DNA of 64,000 nucleotides from Bdellovibrionales bacterium (GTDB lineage Bacteria; Bdellovibrionota; Bdellovibrionia; Bdellovibrionales; JAUICD01): NCBI GenBank assembly GCA_965262715.1, contig OZ253553.1:832001-896000 (forward strand), written 5' to 3'. The position numbers and the translations under genes were made by a program. How positions within the stretch are numbered: the first letter of the stretch is position 1; each line of letters begins with the position of its first letter. Below, piece after piece: positions 48,461 through 57,814 of the stretch. The notes beneath the pieces were generated by a model that was not told where the DNA came from, ran no database searches, and saw only the letters and a program-made list of their open reading frames with translations.

Positions 48461-49741
48461 ATGTTAAATATTGTCAAAAATAATTTCCAAAAGAGCTTTA
48501 TAAGCTTAATCATAATTTTACAATCGACTATGGTTTTTAGTTTTGAAATGACTGATGAAGGCATAAAGAAAGCCATTCAAGATTACTATCTAGATTATAC
48601 TCAAGATAACACTTACCAAGTATTAGCAAGATTAGATTTAGGTATAGATCAAGATGACTTTTCTAACCCCTAATGAGTTTCATAGACAAAAGATGGTTTG
48701 CTGAAGTTATTCATAGTTTATCCATTTAATTTTACTTATATATAATAACTTCTGAAAATGCTTATTTGACAGCTTGATGTTTATGGCAAAGGATCGTTCT
48801 TCCGCAGAGCTTTAGCTCGAGGACTACGAGACTTTGCCATAAACATCAAAATACATTCATTCAAATTAAATAATTTACTATAATCTTTCATGATAATTAA
48901 AACTTTGTTGAAATATTAATCTTAAAATGATACAATTTTTAAAAATATCTATAAACACAAAAGTGTTGCACTTGCGATTTGAAGTTACGTAAGTTATAAT
49001 ACTTTAAAGATGAGATTTACAGGTCAATCTATAAATCTAAATGTTAAAGTGCTTTTTGCAAACAACCCCATTAAAGAGACTCCCCATGATGAGACTCTTT
49101 TTTATTCTGGAATTTGTATTCCTTTCACTCGAACAGTTTTTTTAGATCGTGCTTTTTGGAATTATCATAGAAATAATGAAAAAATAAGGGAGTCTTCTTT
49201 GTTTCATGAATTAGCGCATTGTGATTTAAATAGAAAACATAATGATGGTTTTGATGCTAGACAACCTTCTTTTTCATTTATGCATATTGAGAATTTAAAG
49301 ATGTTCAACTTCTCTGAAGATATTAATGAAAGGAAGAATCAGCAATGCTCTCAAGAGTCTATAGAAGAATTTATAAGAAGAGAAAGTTATCCTCCTACAA
49401 GTTGTACTGCAAACCTTGCACTTTATTATTATGAAACCGCTTTAGATAGTGATTTAGATAAAGTCTTTGAAGAAATGTATAAGGAACTCTTTTCAATGCG
49501 AAACACTAGAAGTAGTGTTATAACAGGCCTAGATGTTACTAGATTTTTTTCAAATCAGTGTTTTGTTTCTTACAGATACCAATTTTTTGAATCATTTGAT
49601 ATCCCTCTTCTTAAACATCTAACTGTTGGTTCTACACTTACACCTAATTTTGAAAGTTTTTATATAACGCGGGAAAGAGAGATACGAAAGGGTGAGTTTG
49701 TAGCCCATTCAACCAACTGCAATCGATTATTAGGTATATAA
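48461..49741 (+). pseudogene. Probable secreted HExxH metallopeptidase-like gene split into 48461-48673 and 49010-49741 by an inserted repeat segment
   Basis: First ORF has an RBS and signal peptide but stops at 70 aa; second carries LFHELAHCDLNRKH; the gap contains a family-2 element plus 140 bp also present near 44.6-46.1 kb. Confidence 0.55.
48774..48849 (-). repeat. Family-2 palindromic element
   Basis: Perfect 18-bp arms ttgatgtttatggcaaag/ctttgccataaacatcaa; core (reverse complement) gtagtcctcgagctaaagctctgcggaagaac. Confidence 0.82.
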
Positions 49742-49869
49742 AGATATAATGATAAAAATGTGCCTACAAACTTAAAGCATTGACTGATTATAAAAAAAAG
49801 GAAATAATTTAAATTCGAGGTTTTGTGTTTTAAACAAAAGCGAGACATGCGGAATGAAGAGGGTATATT

Positions 49870-51579
49870 ATGTCAAGCTCTCATCGAGAGTCTATGGAAG
49901 CAGATGTTGTTATTGTCGGTGGTGGTGTTGCTGGCCTTTCTATGGCTATTCATTTTCAAAATCTCATTTCAAAGTACAATCAACAAAATAATCAAGAGTT
50001 AGAACCCACTATTTTAGTTTTAGAAAAAGGCTCTCAAATAGGAGCTCATAGCTTTTCAGGAGCTGTTTTTAATCCATGTGCTTTAGAATTTTTAGAACCT
50101 CAAGAAATCTCTGATGCGCTCTCTGCTTGTTTAGCTACTCCTGTGCAAAAAGAGGCTGTTTATTATTTAGGTACTCATTATAAAATCAAGTTTCCTTTTG
50201 TGCCTCCTCCTCTTAAAAATAAAGGCCATCATATTATTTCACTTTCATTGCTAAATAAGTGGTTAGGTCAAAAAGCTGAAGAATTAGGAGTTCATATTTT
50301 ACCAGGTTTTGCAGCTACACAAGTACTTTATGAAAATAATAAAGTGGTAGGAATTAGAACAGGAGATCGTGGGAGAGATAAGAAAGGGTTAAAAAAATCT
50401 AATTTTGAAATGGGAATGGATATTAAAGCCAAAGTTACTATTTTTGCAGAAGGTCCTAGAGGGTCTCTTTTTAGGAAATTAGCATCTCACTTACAACTAA
50501 GAAAAGGCAAAGCTCCTGACACTTATTCTGAAGGAGTTAAAGAGATTATTCAAATGCCAAAAGGGAGCACACCTGCAGGTCAAGTTATACATACATTAGG
50601 GTATCCTCTTAAAGAGTCTGTGGGTGGAACTTTCATTTACACTCTAAGTGAAGACCGTATCGTTATAGGTTTGGTTGGATATTTAGGAACACAAGACCCT
50701 CTTTTTGACCCACATAGAGAATTGCAAAAACTTAAAAAACATCCATTTATCTATCAAATGATCAAAGGAGGAGAAGTTGTTGAATATGGTGGAAGAGTTA
50801 TTCCTGCAGGAGGATGGAATTCTATGCCTCAGCTTTATCATGACGGCATGATGGTCATTGGCGACAGCGCGGGTATGGTAGATGACCAAAAGCTCAAAGG
50901 AATTCATTTAGCTATGAAATCAGGGGTTTTAGCTGCACAGACAGCTTTTAAGTCTTTAATAAGCAATGATTTTTCCAAAAAAAGTTTAAAAGGGTATGAA
51001 GACAACGTAATGAAGAGCTATATTAAAAAAGAACTTTATAATGTTCGCAATTTTCATCACACTCTAAATAAAGGGCTTTTTATATCAGCCCCTTTGTTAG
51101 TAATGCAGCAATTGATGAAAGGACGCACATTGATTAAGAGTGTAATAAAGAAAGATTTTAAAACAACAGCTCCTATTTTAGATATTTGGGGTGTGGAAAA
51201 AGAAAAGCATATTGAAAATCAACTACCATCTCCTGATGGAAAGTTATTTTTTGATAAATTATCTAGTGTTTATTTAACAGGAACTGCACATGAAGAAGAT
51301 TCTCCTAACCACTTGTTACTTCAAAATGGCGATATTTGTCAGGATGTTTGTTATGAAAAGTTTAATTCTCCTTGTCACTTTTTTTGTCCTGCCAATGTTT
51401 ATGAGATGATCCCAGAGGAAAAGACAAACCACTTAGGTCAAAAAATAACCAAGAAGAAGCTAAAAATCAATTACACGAATTGTATTCATTGTAAAACTTG
51501 TGATATTAAATGTCCTTTTGACAATATTTTATGGACTCCTCCAGAAGGAGGAGGAGGCCCTAATTATCAGAATACTTAA
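49870..51579 (+). CDS. Electron transfer flavoprotein-ubiquinone oxidoreductase
   Basis: DVVIVGGGVAGL, LEKGSQIGAH..SGA, KGIHLAMKSG, FCPANVYE, NCIHCKTCDIK, W.PPEGGGGP. Confidence 0.95.
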   Translation: MSSSHRESMEADVVIVGGGVAGLSMAIHFQNLISKYNQQNNQELEPTILVLEKGSQIGAHSFSGAVFNPCALEFLEPQEISDALSACLATPVQKEAVYYLGTHYKIKFPFVPPPLKNKGHHIISLSLLNKWLGQKAEELGVHILPGFAATQVLYENNKVVGIRTGDRGRDKKGLKKSNFEMGMDIKAKVTIFAEGPRGSLFRKLASHLQLRKGKAPDTYSEGVKEIIQMPKGSTPAGQVIHTLGYPLKESVGGTFIYTLSEDRIVIGLVGYLGTQDPLFDPHRELQKLKKHPFIYQMIKGGEVVEYGGRVIPAGGWNSMPQLYHDGMMVIGDSAGMVDDQKLKGIHLAMKSGVLAAQTAFKSLISNDFSKKSLKGYEDNVMKSYIKKELYNVRNFHHTLNKGLFISAPLLVMQQLMKGRTLIKSVIKKDFKTTAPILDIWGVEKEKHIENQLPSPDGKLFFDKLSSVYLTGTAHEEDSPNHLLLQNGDICQDVCYEKFNSPCHFFCPANVYEMIPEEKTNHLGQKITKKKLKINYTNCIHCKTCDIKCPFDNILWTPPEGGGGPNYQNT

Positions 51580-51708
51580 AGCAGTCTGAAAAATGCTAGA
51601 TCTACTACTTGAGATTACCTTAGTGCAATAATCCAGAGTTGTGGCAGTCCAGCAAACGGACAACAAGCCCCTGAAATAGTTGTTAGACTGCCCGGAATAA
51701 CAAAGATT

Positions 51709-51808
51709 TACCACTTTAATGTCTCTTTCGGGGATGGTTAAAATCCCTCGCCTTTAAGCGACGCTCGATTCTATTTGAACCCGAGGGCTTCAAATCGAGG
51801 GTTGTTCA
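51709..51808 (+). mobile_element. Possible IS200/IS605/IS607-type right-end remnant (PATE-like)
   Basis: aaatccctcgcctttaagcga...gggttgttca resembles the subterminal hairpin of these elements, with an extra hairpin inside. Confidence 0.4.
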
Positions 51809-51861
51809 GTTGTTAATGTGTATATTTCATAATACAAAAATTTATTTTTGAGACCACAGTT

Positions 51862-53358
51862 CTAATATTTTTTTTTAAAAATCATTCTTAAAATAATTTG
51901 CTGTATGACATTTCTTTTTATCATCTTGAAGAATATAAAATTTACAATATCTTCTTCATCCGCATTATCTATATTTTCAAAAGGGCTAAGATCTATTTTA
52001 AATTTATTAATTATTTCTATTTTACTTAGTTGTTTATTTGTTTTTAAAGTTCTTTTAAGCTCTCTTTCTATAGATTCGAAAAGATTCCATTCTTCAGCGA
52101 GCCTTTTAACCAAAAAATCTTCTGAGATAATATGTATTGCTTCATTTTTAAAAAGATCTTCTTTTTTCCATGTTTCTATTTGCTTATCAATTATATAAGA
52201 CTGAGTCTTTTCATGTTTTTTTAAAAAATATCTTTTTGCTTCTTGCATAGAATTTTCTTCTTGCGTCAATATATCTTCTTCAGGTATATGTATAGGGTTT
52301 TTTTTAACTAACTCTTTTAAAATATCTCTTTCAAATTTTTCTTCAATTCTTTTTTTCTCTAGATTTGTATATTCTTTTTTAAGCTTTTTATTCATGTCTT
52401 TAATGGAGGAAAATCCACTTTCTTTTGCAAATGTGTCATTTGCTTTTGGAGGGGACATATTGAAGATTTGCTTTAAATGGATTTGTAAAGTAAAAGAAGA
52501 TTTTGAATATAAAGGATGAGTATTTGGGAATATTACTGGAATTTTTTTAATTTGGCCGGGTTTCATATCAATAATATTGGTTATTAAAAGTTCACTCAAA
52601 TATTCATCAAAAAATACGACTAACATTTTTTCCACTGTGAGAATGCTGGGTATGAATGTGATTTTTTTAACATCATCAATATCTTTTTTTATTATATCTG
52701 TAAAGGTGTCTTCAATAATGTAAGAAGATGCATCTAAATCAAGGTTAAAGGCCATAAAAACAAAATCATTTAAAGATTCTATTAAATTATTATTAAGGAA
52801 ATATTTACAATCTATAAGCGCATATTCACCAGGGTTTGTTTTACGTATTTCATTAATGGGTATTCGAACACTTAAAATTTCTCTTTCTCTATTAATCTCT
52901 CGTTCAATTATCTTATTTACTTTTTTCATTTCGAACTTTTCTTTCACGACAAGGAGTTCATGAATGCTTTCGAATAAGTGATCTATTCCTTTAATGAATA
53001 CATCTTTTTGAGCTTCAAACTCTATAGAAAACTTCAAAGAGACATCTTTTTCAAATTGTTCTAGTTGTATATTCGATTCTTTAATGAGATTTAATTGATG
53101 GGAGCGCATAGCCTTATTTACAAATTTATTGACTAAATAATTGAGTACATCTTTTTGAACTTCTTTTTGGTAGATTTTATGGACTATTTCTAGTGGAGCT
53201 TTCCCTGGGCGAAACCCTTTAATATTGGATTTAGCTTGTGCCTTGCTATAAAAAAAATTAAAAGTTTCATCTACAACTTCAGATGGAATTTCAATAAACA
53301 TATTATACTTTTTATCTGAGATATGGGTTAAGTTAGTGATCACTTCATTTTTTATCAT
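51862..53358 (-). CDS. tig: Divergent trigger factor
   Basis: Ribosome-binding motif IKGFRPGKAP; FKBP-like IDC/MKPGQIK..FP; helical C-domain; very AT-rich. Confidence 0.72.
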   Translation of the reverse strand: MIKNEVITNLTHISDKKYNMFIEIPSEVVDETFNFFYSKAQAKSNIKGFRPGKAPLEIVHKIYQKEVQKDVLNYLVNKFVNKAMRSHQLNLIKESNIQLEQFEKDVSLKFSIEFEAQKDVFIKGIDHLFESIHELLVVKEKFEMKKVNKIIEREINREREILSVRIPINEIRKTNPGEYALIDCKYFLNNNLIESLNDFVFMAFNLDLDASSYIIEDTFTDIIKKDIDDVKKITFIPSILTVEKMLVVFFDEYLSELLITNIIDMKPGQIKKIPVIFPNTHPLYSKSSFTLQIHLKQIFNMSPPKANDTFAKESGFSSIKDMNKKLKKEYTNLEKKRIEEKFERDILKELVKKNPIHIPEEDILTQEENSMQEAKRYFLKKHEKTQSYIIDKQIETWKKEDLFKNEAIHIISEDFLVKRLAEEWNLFESIERELKRTLKTNKQLSKIEIINKFKIDLSPFENIDNADEEDIVNFIFFKMIKRNVIQQIILRMIFKKKY

Positions 53359-53592
53359 TATGAACCTCCTTTAAAATTCTCAGGTAGCTTTTCCATATAT
53401 CATTTTTCACCTATGATCAATAAATAATCTCTTAAATTTCTTTTTTAAAAAACTATGGCGATTGCCCAAAATTCTATAAAGAACTGAAATTATTATGCAA
53501 AGCACCTATAATATGGTGAAGTTTTTATAAATCAAAAAGATATTTTTTTTTCTAAATTAGGTAGAAATAATTGCCATAAAAAATCAAGGGTA

Positions 53593-54093
53593 CTAGAGAT
53601 GAGAAAAATAAGGGTGCAGTGTATTATAGACGTGTTCTAAGCTCATAGAGATCACCTTCGTTTCTGCGATTAGAGGTAGGAAATTTGTATCTCCAGACCA
53701 CCTAGGTATAATGTGGTAGTGAAGATGCTCCGGCAATCCTGCTCCAGCATGACTTCCTAAGTTGATCCCAATATTTAGAGCTTCTGGATTAAATGCTTTT
53801 TGCAAAATATCTAAGGTTATTTTGATAGTTTCTTGTACCTTGATGTACTCTTCTTGAGGAAGTTTTAGAAGATTAGATTCATGTGTGCGTGGCAAAATCA
53901 ATAAATGACCACTATTATAAGGATACTTATTCACAAAGACTAAGCTAAAATCATCGTGGTAAAGGATTAAAGATTCAAAACACACTCCTTGTTTAAGCGC
54001 ATGGCAAAAAGTACATGGAGCAGGTGTTTTTTTTCTCGCTTTTGTAATATACTTGATGCGATCTGGGCGGAACCAAAGATTTAACCTCGACAT
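53593..54093 (-). CDS. HIT-family hydrolase
   Basis: CTFC, NKYPYNSGHLLILP, AGAGLPEHLHYHIIPRWSGD. Confidence 0.93.
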   Translation of the reverse strand: MSRLNLWFRPDRIKYITKARKKTPAPCTFCHALKQGVCFESLILYHDDFSLVFVNKYPYNSGHLLILPRTHESNLLKLPQEEYIKVQETIKITLDILQKAFNPEALNIGINLGSHAGAGLPEHLHYHIIPRWSGDTNFLPLIAETKVISMSLEHVYNTLHPYFSHL

Positions 54094-54134
54094 TTGTAAG
54101 TTCCTTTTTTACACACATTAAGTAAGTTATCAGG

Positions 54135-55067
54135 TCAATGAGATGGCATTAAATACATAGGAGTTTGGGGATAAAATAAGAAAGAAAAAAAGTGGCTTCC
54201 AGGATAAAAACTTTCTATGTCTTCAAACCATCTAAAAAATGAAGACCTATCTTTAGGATTAAAAATTTTTAAAGATGCTTCACCAGTTAGTTCTTCTGCA
54301 AGTTCAATAGCATCTGAGAAATTACCCACTTTATCAGCAAAGCCTAACTCTACAGCTTTTTCACCGGTAAAAATACGGCCATCTGCATTTCGGTCAACCA
54401 AGCCTGGATCAAGATTGCGTCCTTTTACAATATCATCTTTAAATTGTTTTAAAACTTCATCCAAAACACCTCGTAAATAAGTTTCTTCTTCTGTGGACAT
54501 ACTTCTATAATCTGCACCCACATCTTTATACTTACCTGTTTTAATTGCATATCTTCTAATTTTAGCCCACTTGTAAAGATTTTCTAAATTAGCAAAGTTT
54601 ATAATGACTCCAATAGATCCCACAAGGGTACCTGCTTGAGTGACAATTTGATCTGCTCCTGCAGAAATATAATAAGCTCCGCTTGTAGCTATAGCTTCAA
54701 GAGACATAATAACAGGTTTTTTAAACTCCTCGCGTATTTTAATTAATTCTCTATAGATAGCTTGACTTGGGCCTACAGCACCTCCAGGTGAATTGACCCT
54801 TATCACAACAGCCTTTACACTATCTTTATCAATATAATCTCTTAAGGTTTTGAGAAATTTACTGGATCTCATAATGACTCCTTCAAGGTCTAAAACTAAA
54901 ACTGATGAGTCATTTGACAATGTTTTTGTACTTCTATTTGAAACTAATGATTGTAAAGCTCCATAAGATAAGAAAACACCTATTGCAATACTTAAGAATG
55001 TAAATAGGAAAGATAATTTCCAAAAGTTTTTAAAAAAAGATGAAAAACACTTAGACCATGATGCCAT
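54135..55067 (-). CDS. sppA: Signal peptide peptidase SppA (short form)
   Basis: RVNSPGG, ATSGAYYIS, GSIGVI, KTGKYKD, DGRIFTG. Confidence 0.93.
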   Translation of the reverse strand: MASWSKCFSSFFKNFWKLSFLFTFLSIAIGVFLSYGALQSLVSNRSTKTLSNDSSVLVLDLEGVIMRSSKFLKTLRDYIDKDSVKAVVIRVNSPGGAVGPSQAIYRELIKIREEFKKPVIMSLEAIATSGAYYISAGADQIVTQAGTLVGSIGVIINFANLENLYKWAKIRRYAIKTGKYKDVGADYRSMSTEEETYLRGVLDEVLKQFKDDIVKGRNLDPGLVDRNADGRIFTGEKAVELGFADKVGNFSDAIELAEELTGEASLKIFNPKDRSSFFRWFEDIESFYPGSHFFSFLFYPQTPMYLMPSH

Positions 55068-55344
55068 AAATCTCTCCCTTGATTTTATCTCTTAAAATAT
55101 CCTAAGATAGTTTTTTAAATATATTTACTATAAAAGTCTCAGATATGCTATAAGTCAACCTAAAAAACCTACTTTGTTGAACGACTTTTAGGGGCTGGCT
55201 ACCTTTCAAGTTTTTTATTTTAAAAGGTTTTAGGGCATGAAAATTAAGTATTTTGACATAGTTTATACAAATAAGCACTAATTTATCAGCTTCCTTGATG
55301 AGTTGAATATGACCAATAGTTTCTAATATCGCTTGAACCTGTTT

Positions 55345-55489
55345 CACTTAAATAAATCAGCCTCTCAAGGCAAACCTCTCGAGGCAAGTCTCTGACGACT
55401 AATGTCTTCAGCAAATAGATGATTCTAGAAAGTCTGCTTATTTTGAGTAAGGAAGTATTTCTCATTTTTTATATCATGCTAAGAAAACT
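55345..55489 (-). repeat. Family-1 structured repeat, copy E (degenerate), upstream of sppA
   Basis: Reverse complement: actcaaaataagcagactttctag...ctgaagacattagtc...gcctcgagaggtttgccttgagaggctgatttatttaagtg. Confidence 0.65.
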
Positions 55490-55740
55490 ATTTAAGTTAT
55501 ATTCGAGGTTAATTCTATAAAGTGTCCTTTGGTCTTTTGATGTTGACTTTACGTTGTCTTCAAATAAATTAAAAACAGATTTTGTTACCAGATACTATCT
55601 GCCGGTCATCTGTTTTACCTGATTGTCAGATTAAAATAAAAGCTTAATAAGATATAGCTTGTAATTTCAATGATTTATATCGAAACAACAACAGTCCCTA
55701 GCATAGGTTTAATATACTCTTTCTAAAAGGTGTTTTTTAA

Positions 55741-57363
55741 ATGATTTTTGCAAGAAAATATTTTAGAAATATTAGAATATTTTTTGCTTTGCTCTGCACT
55801 CTTCTATCCGCTTGTAAGAGTCAAAAATCCGAAAGTTTTGTTTATTGTTCTGAGGGTGCCCCTAGCAGTTTTAACCCACAAATAGCGATGGACGGCACAA
55901 CATACAATGCTACATATCCAATTTACAATACTCTTGTTGCCTTTAAATATGGCACAACAGATATTATCCCAAGTTTAGCTGAAAATTGGCAGATAGATGC
56001 TAAAGGATTGGAGTACACATTTCATTTAAGAAAAAATGTGGCATTTCACACAACACCTTATTTTACTCCAACTCGCAACTTCAATGTAGATGATGTGATT
56101 TTTAGTTTTCAAAGACAAAAAGACAGGAACCACCCTTATCACAATGTTAACAACGCTATATACCGTTATTTTCAATCCATGAGTATGAATAAAGTTATCA
56201 AAGATATTGTCAAGATAAATGATCATAGAGTTAAGTTTATTCTTCAAAAAGTAGAAGCTTCTTTTCTTAAAAATCTAGCTATGGATTTTGCAAGTATTTT
56301 ATCTAAAGAATACGCTGATCAACTTTTAAAATCTGAAAATCCTCAAAAAATAGATTATGAGCCTATTGGAACAGGTCCTTTTTCATTTATTGAATATCAA
56401 AAAGACACTTTTATAAAGTATAAGGCATTTGAGAGTTATTTTTCAAAAAGAGGTAATATTAAGGCAATTACTTTTGTTATTACACCTGATGCAAGCTTGC
56501 GGCTTCAAAAACTTAAAACAAATGAGTGTCAATTTATGGCTTATCCTCAAGTTACAGATTTGGAGACTATCAAAAAAAATAAGAATCTCAAGCTTATAAA
56601 AAAGCCAGGGTTTAACATAGGTTATCTTGCTATGAATGTTAAAAAAAAGCCTTTTGATAATCAGCTTGTACGGCAGGCTATCAATCATGCTTTAAATAAA
56701 GAGGCATACATTAAAACTATTTATTTAGGCAATGCTAAAAAAGCTAAAAATCCTATTCCTCCTATGCTTTGGGGTTATAATGAAAATACCGAAGAATATG
56801 CTTACGATCCACAGAAAGCCAAAACCTTATTGAAAAAAGCGGGGTTTTCTAAGGGCTTTAAAACAGACTTATGGGTTTTACCCGTAGCAAGACCTTATAT
56901 GCCTGCAGGTAAAAAACTAGGAGAGATGATGCAAATGGATCTAGCAAAAATAGGTATCTCTGTAAAACTGCTAACTTATGATTGGCCTACATTTTTAAGT
57001 AAAGCAGGCCGAGGTGATCATACTTTAATACAAATAGGATGGAGAACAGATAATGGAGATCCTGATAATTTCTTTTACACTCTTTTGAGCTGCGATGCTA
57101 TCAAAGGAGGTTCTAATTTATCATCATGGTGTCACAAAGCATTTGACCATCTTGTGACCAAGGCTAAAAGATCACGAAATATTCAAGAAAGAATTAACCT
57201 TTATAAGAAGGCGCAAAAGATTTTTCATCAAGAAAGCCCTTGGGTTCCTTTGGTTCATTCTATGGTTTATCGCGCAATGAATAAAAATGTGTTTGGCTAT
57301 AAAATACATCCTACAGATCGTGATATCTTTACATTTATAAATATCAAAAAAGATAGCAAATAA
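55741..57363 (+). CDS. dppA: Dipeptide ABC transporter substrate-binding lipoprotein
   Basis: LSAC lipobox; VYCSEGAP..FNPQ, PIGTGPF, PVARPYMP, DNGDPDNF. Confidence 0.9.
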   Translation: MIFARKYFRNIRIFFALLCTLLSACKSQKSESFVYCSEGAPSSFNPQIAMDGTTYNATYPIYNTLVAFKYGTTDIIPSLAENWQIDAKGLEYTFHLRKNVAFHTTPYFTPTRNFNVDDVIFSFQRQKDRNHPYHNVNNAIYRYFQSMSMNKVIKDIVKINDHRVKFILQKVEASFLKNLAMDFASILSKEYADQLLKSENPQKIDYEPIGTGPFSFIEYQKDTFIKYKAFESYFSKRGNIKAITFVITPDASLRLQKLKTNECQFMAYPQVTDLETIKKNKNLKLIKKPGFNIGYLAMNVKKKPFDNQLVRQAINHALNKEAYIKTIYLGNAKKAKNPIPPMLWGYNENTEEYAYDPQKAKTLLKKAGFSKGFKTDLWVLPVARPYMPAGKKLGEMMQMDLAKIGISVKLLTYDWPTFLSKAGRGDHTLIQIGWRTDNGDPDNFFYTLLSCDAIKGGSNLSSWCHKAFDHLVTKAKRSRNIQERINLYKKAQKIFHQESPWVPLVHSMVYRAMNKNVFGYKIHPTDRDIFTFINIKKDSK

Positions 57364-57814
57364 AAGCTTAAAATACTGAATTCATAATGCTTATGACCAT
57401 CATTTCCAGATAAATATATAAGGTTCATAACTATTTAAGCATTCTTTTTTTTCCGGGATATGGCAAACCGGCACTCTGGCATACAGTACCCGGAATCAAA
57501 ATATCCGGCATCTGTTTCTAGGTTGCCTTGGTTGCCTAAAGAAGTACTTGGTAATACACTTCATGGTTTTTAAGATGAATTTATAATATTCATTAGTATA
57601 ATCTTTCATAAGTGCATAAAAGGTATTTTTGATCAAATATGAGACATTTATATCTTTTTAAATTTTTTTTAATAAGCTTGCAGCATAGTATAAATATTTG
57701 TTTTATAAGGAGAAAATTAATAATTTATTAGACCATATTTTGTTATCATATAAGTCAAAAAATCCGATACATTTCATAATATCAACGAGTTTAACCTTTA
57801 GTACATAAAAAGTT

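Noticed and set aside
55102..55347. 81-aa ORF upstream of sppA
   Set aside because: Starts in a repeat element, with no RBS or recognisable motif
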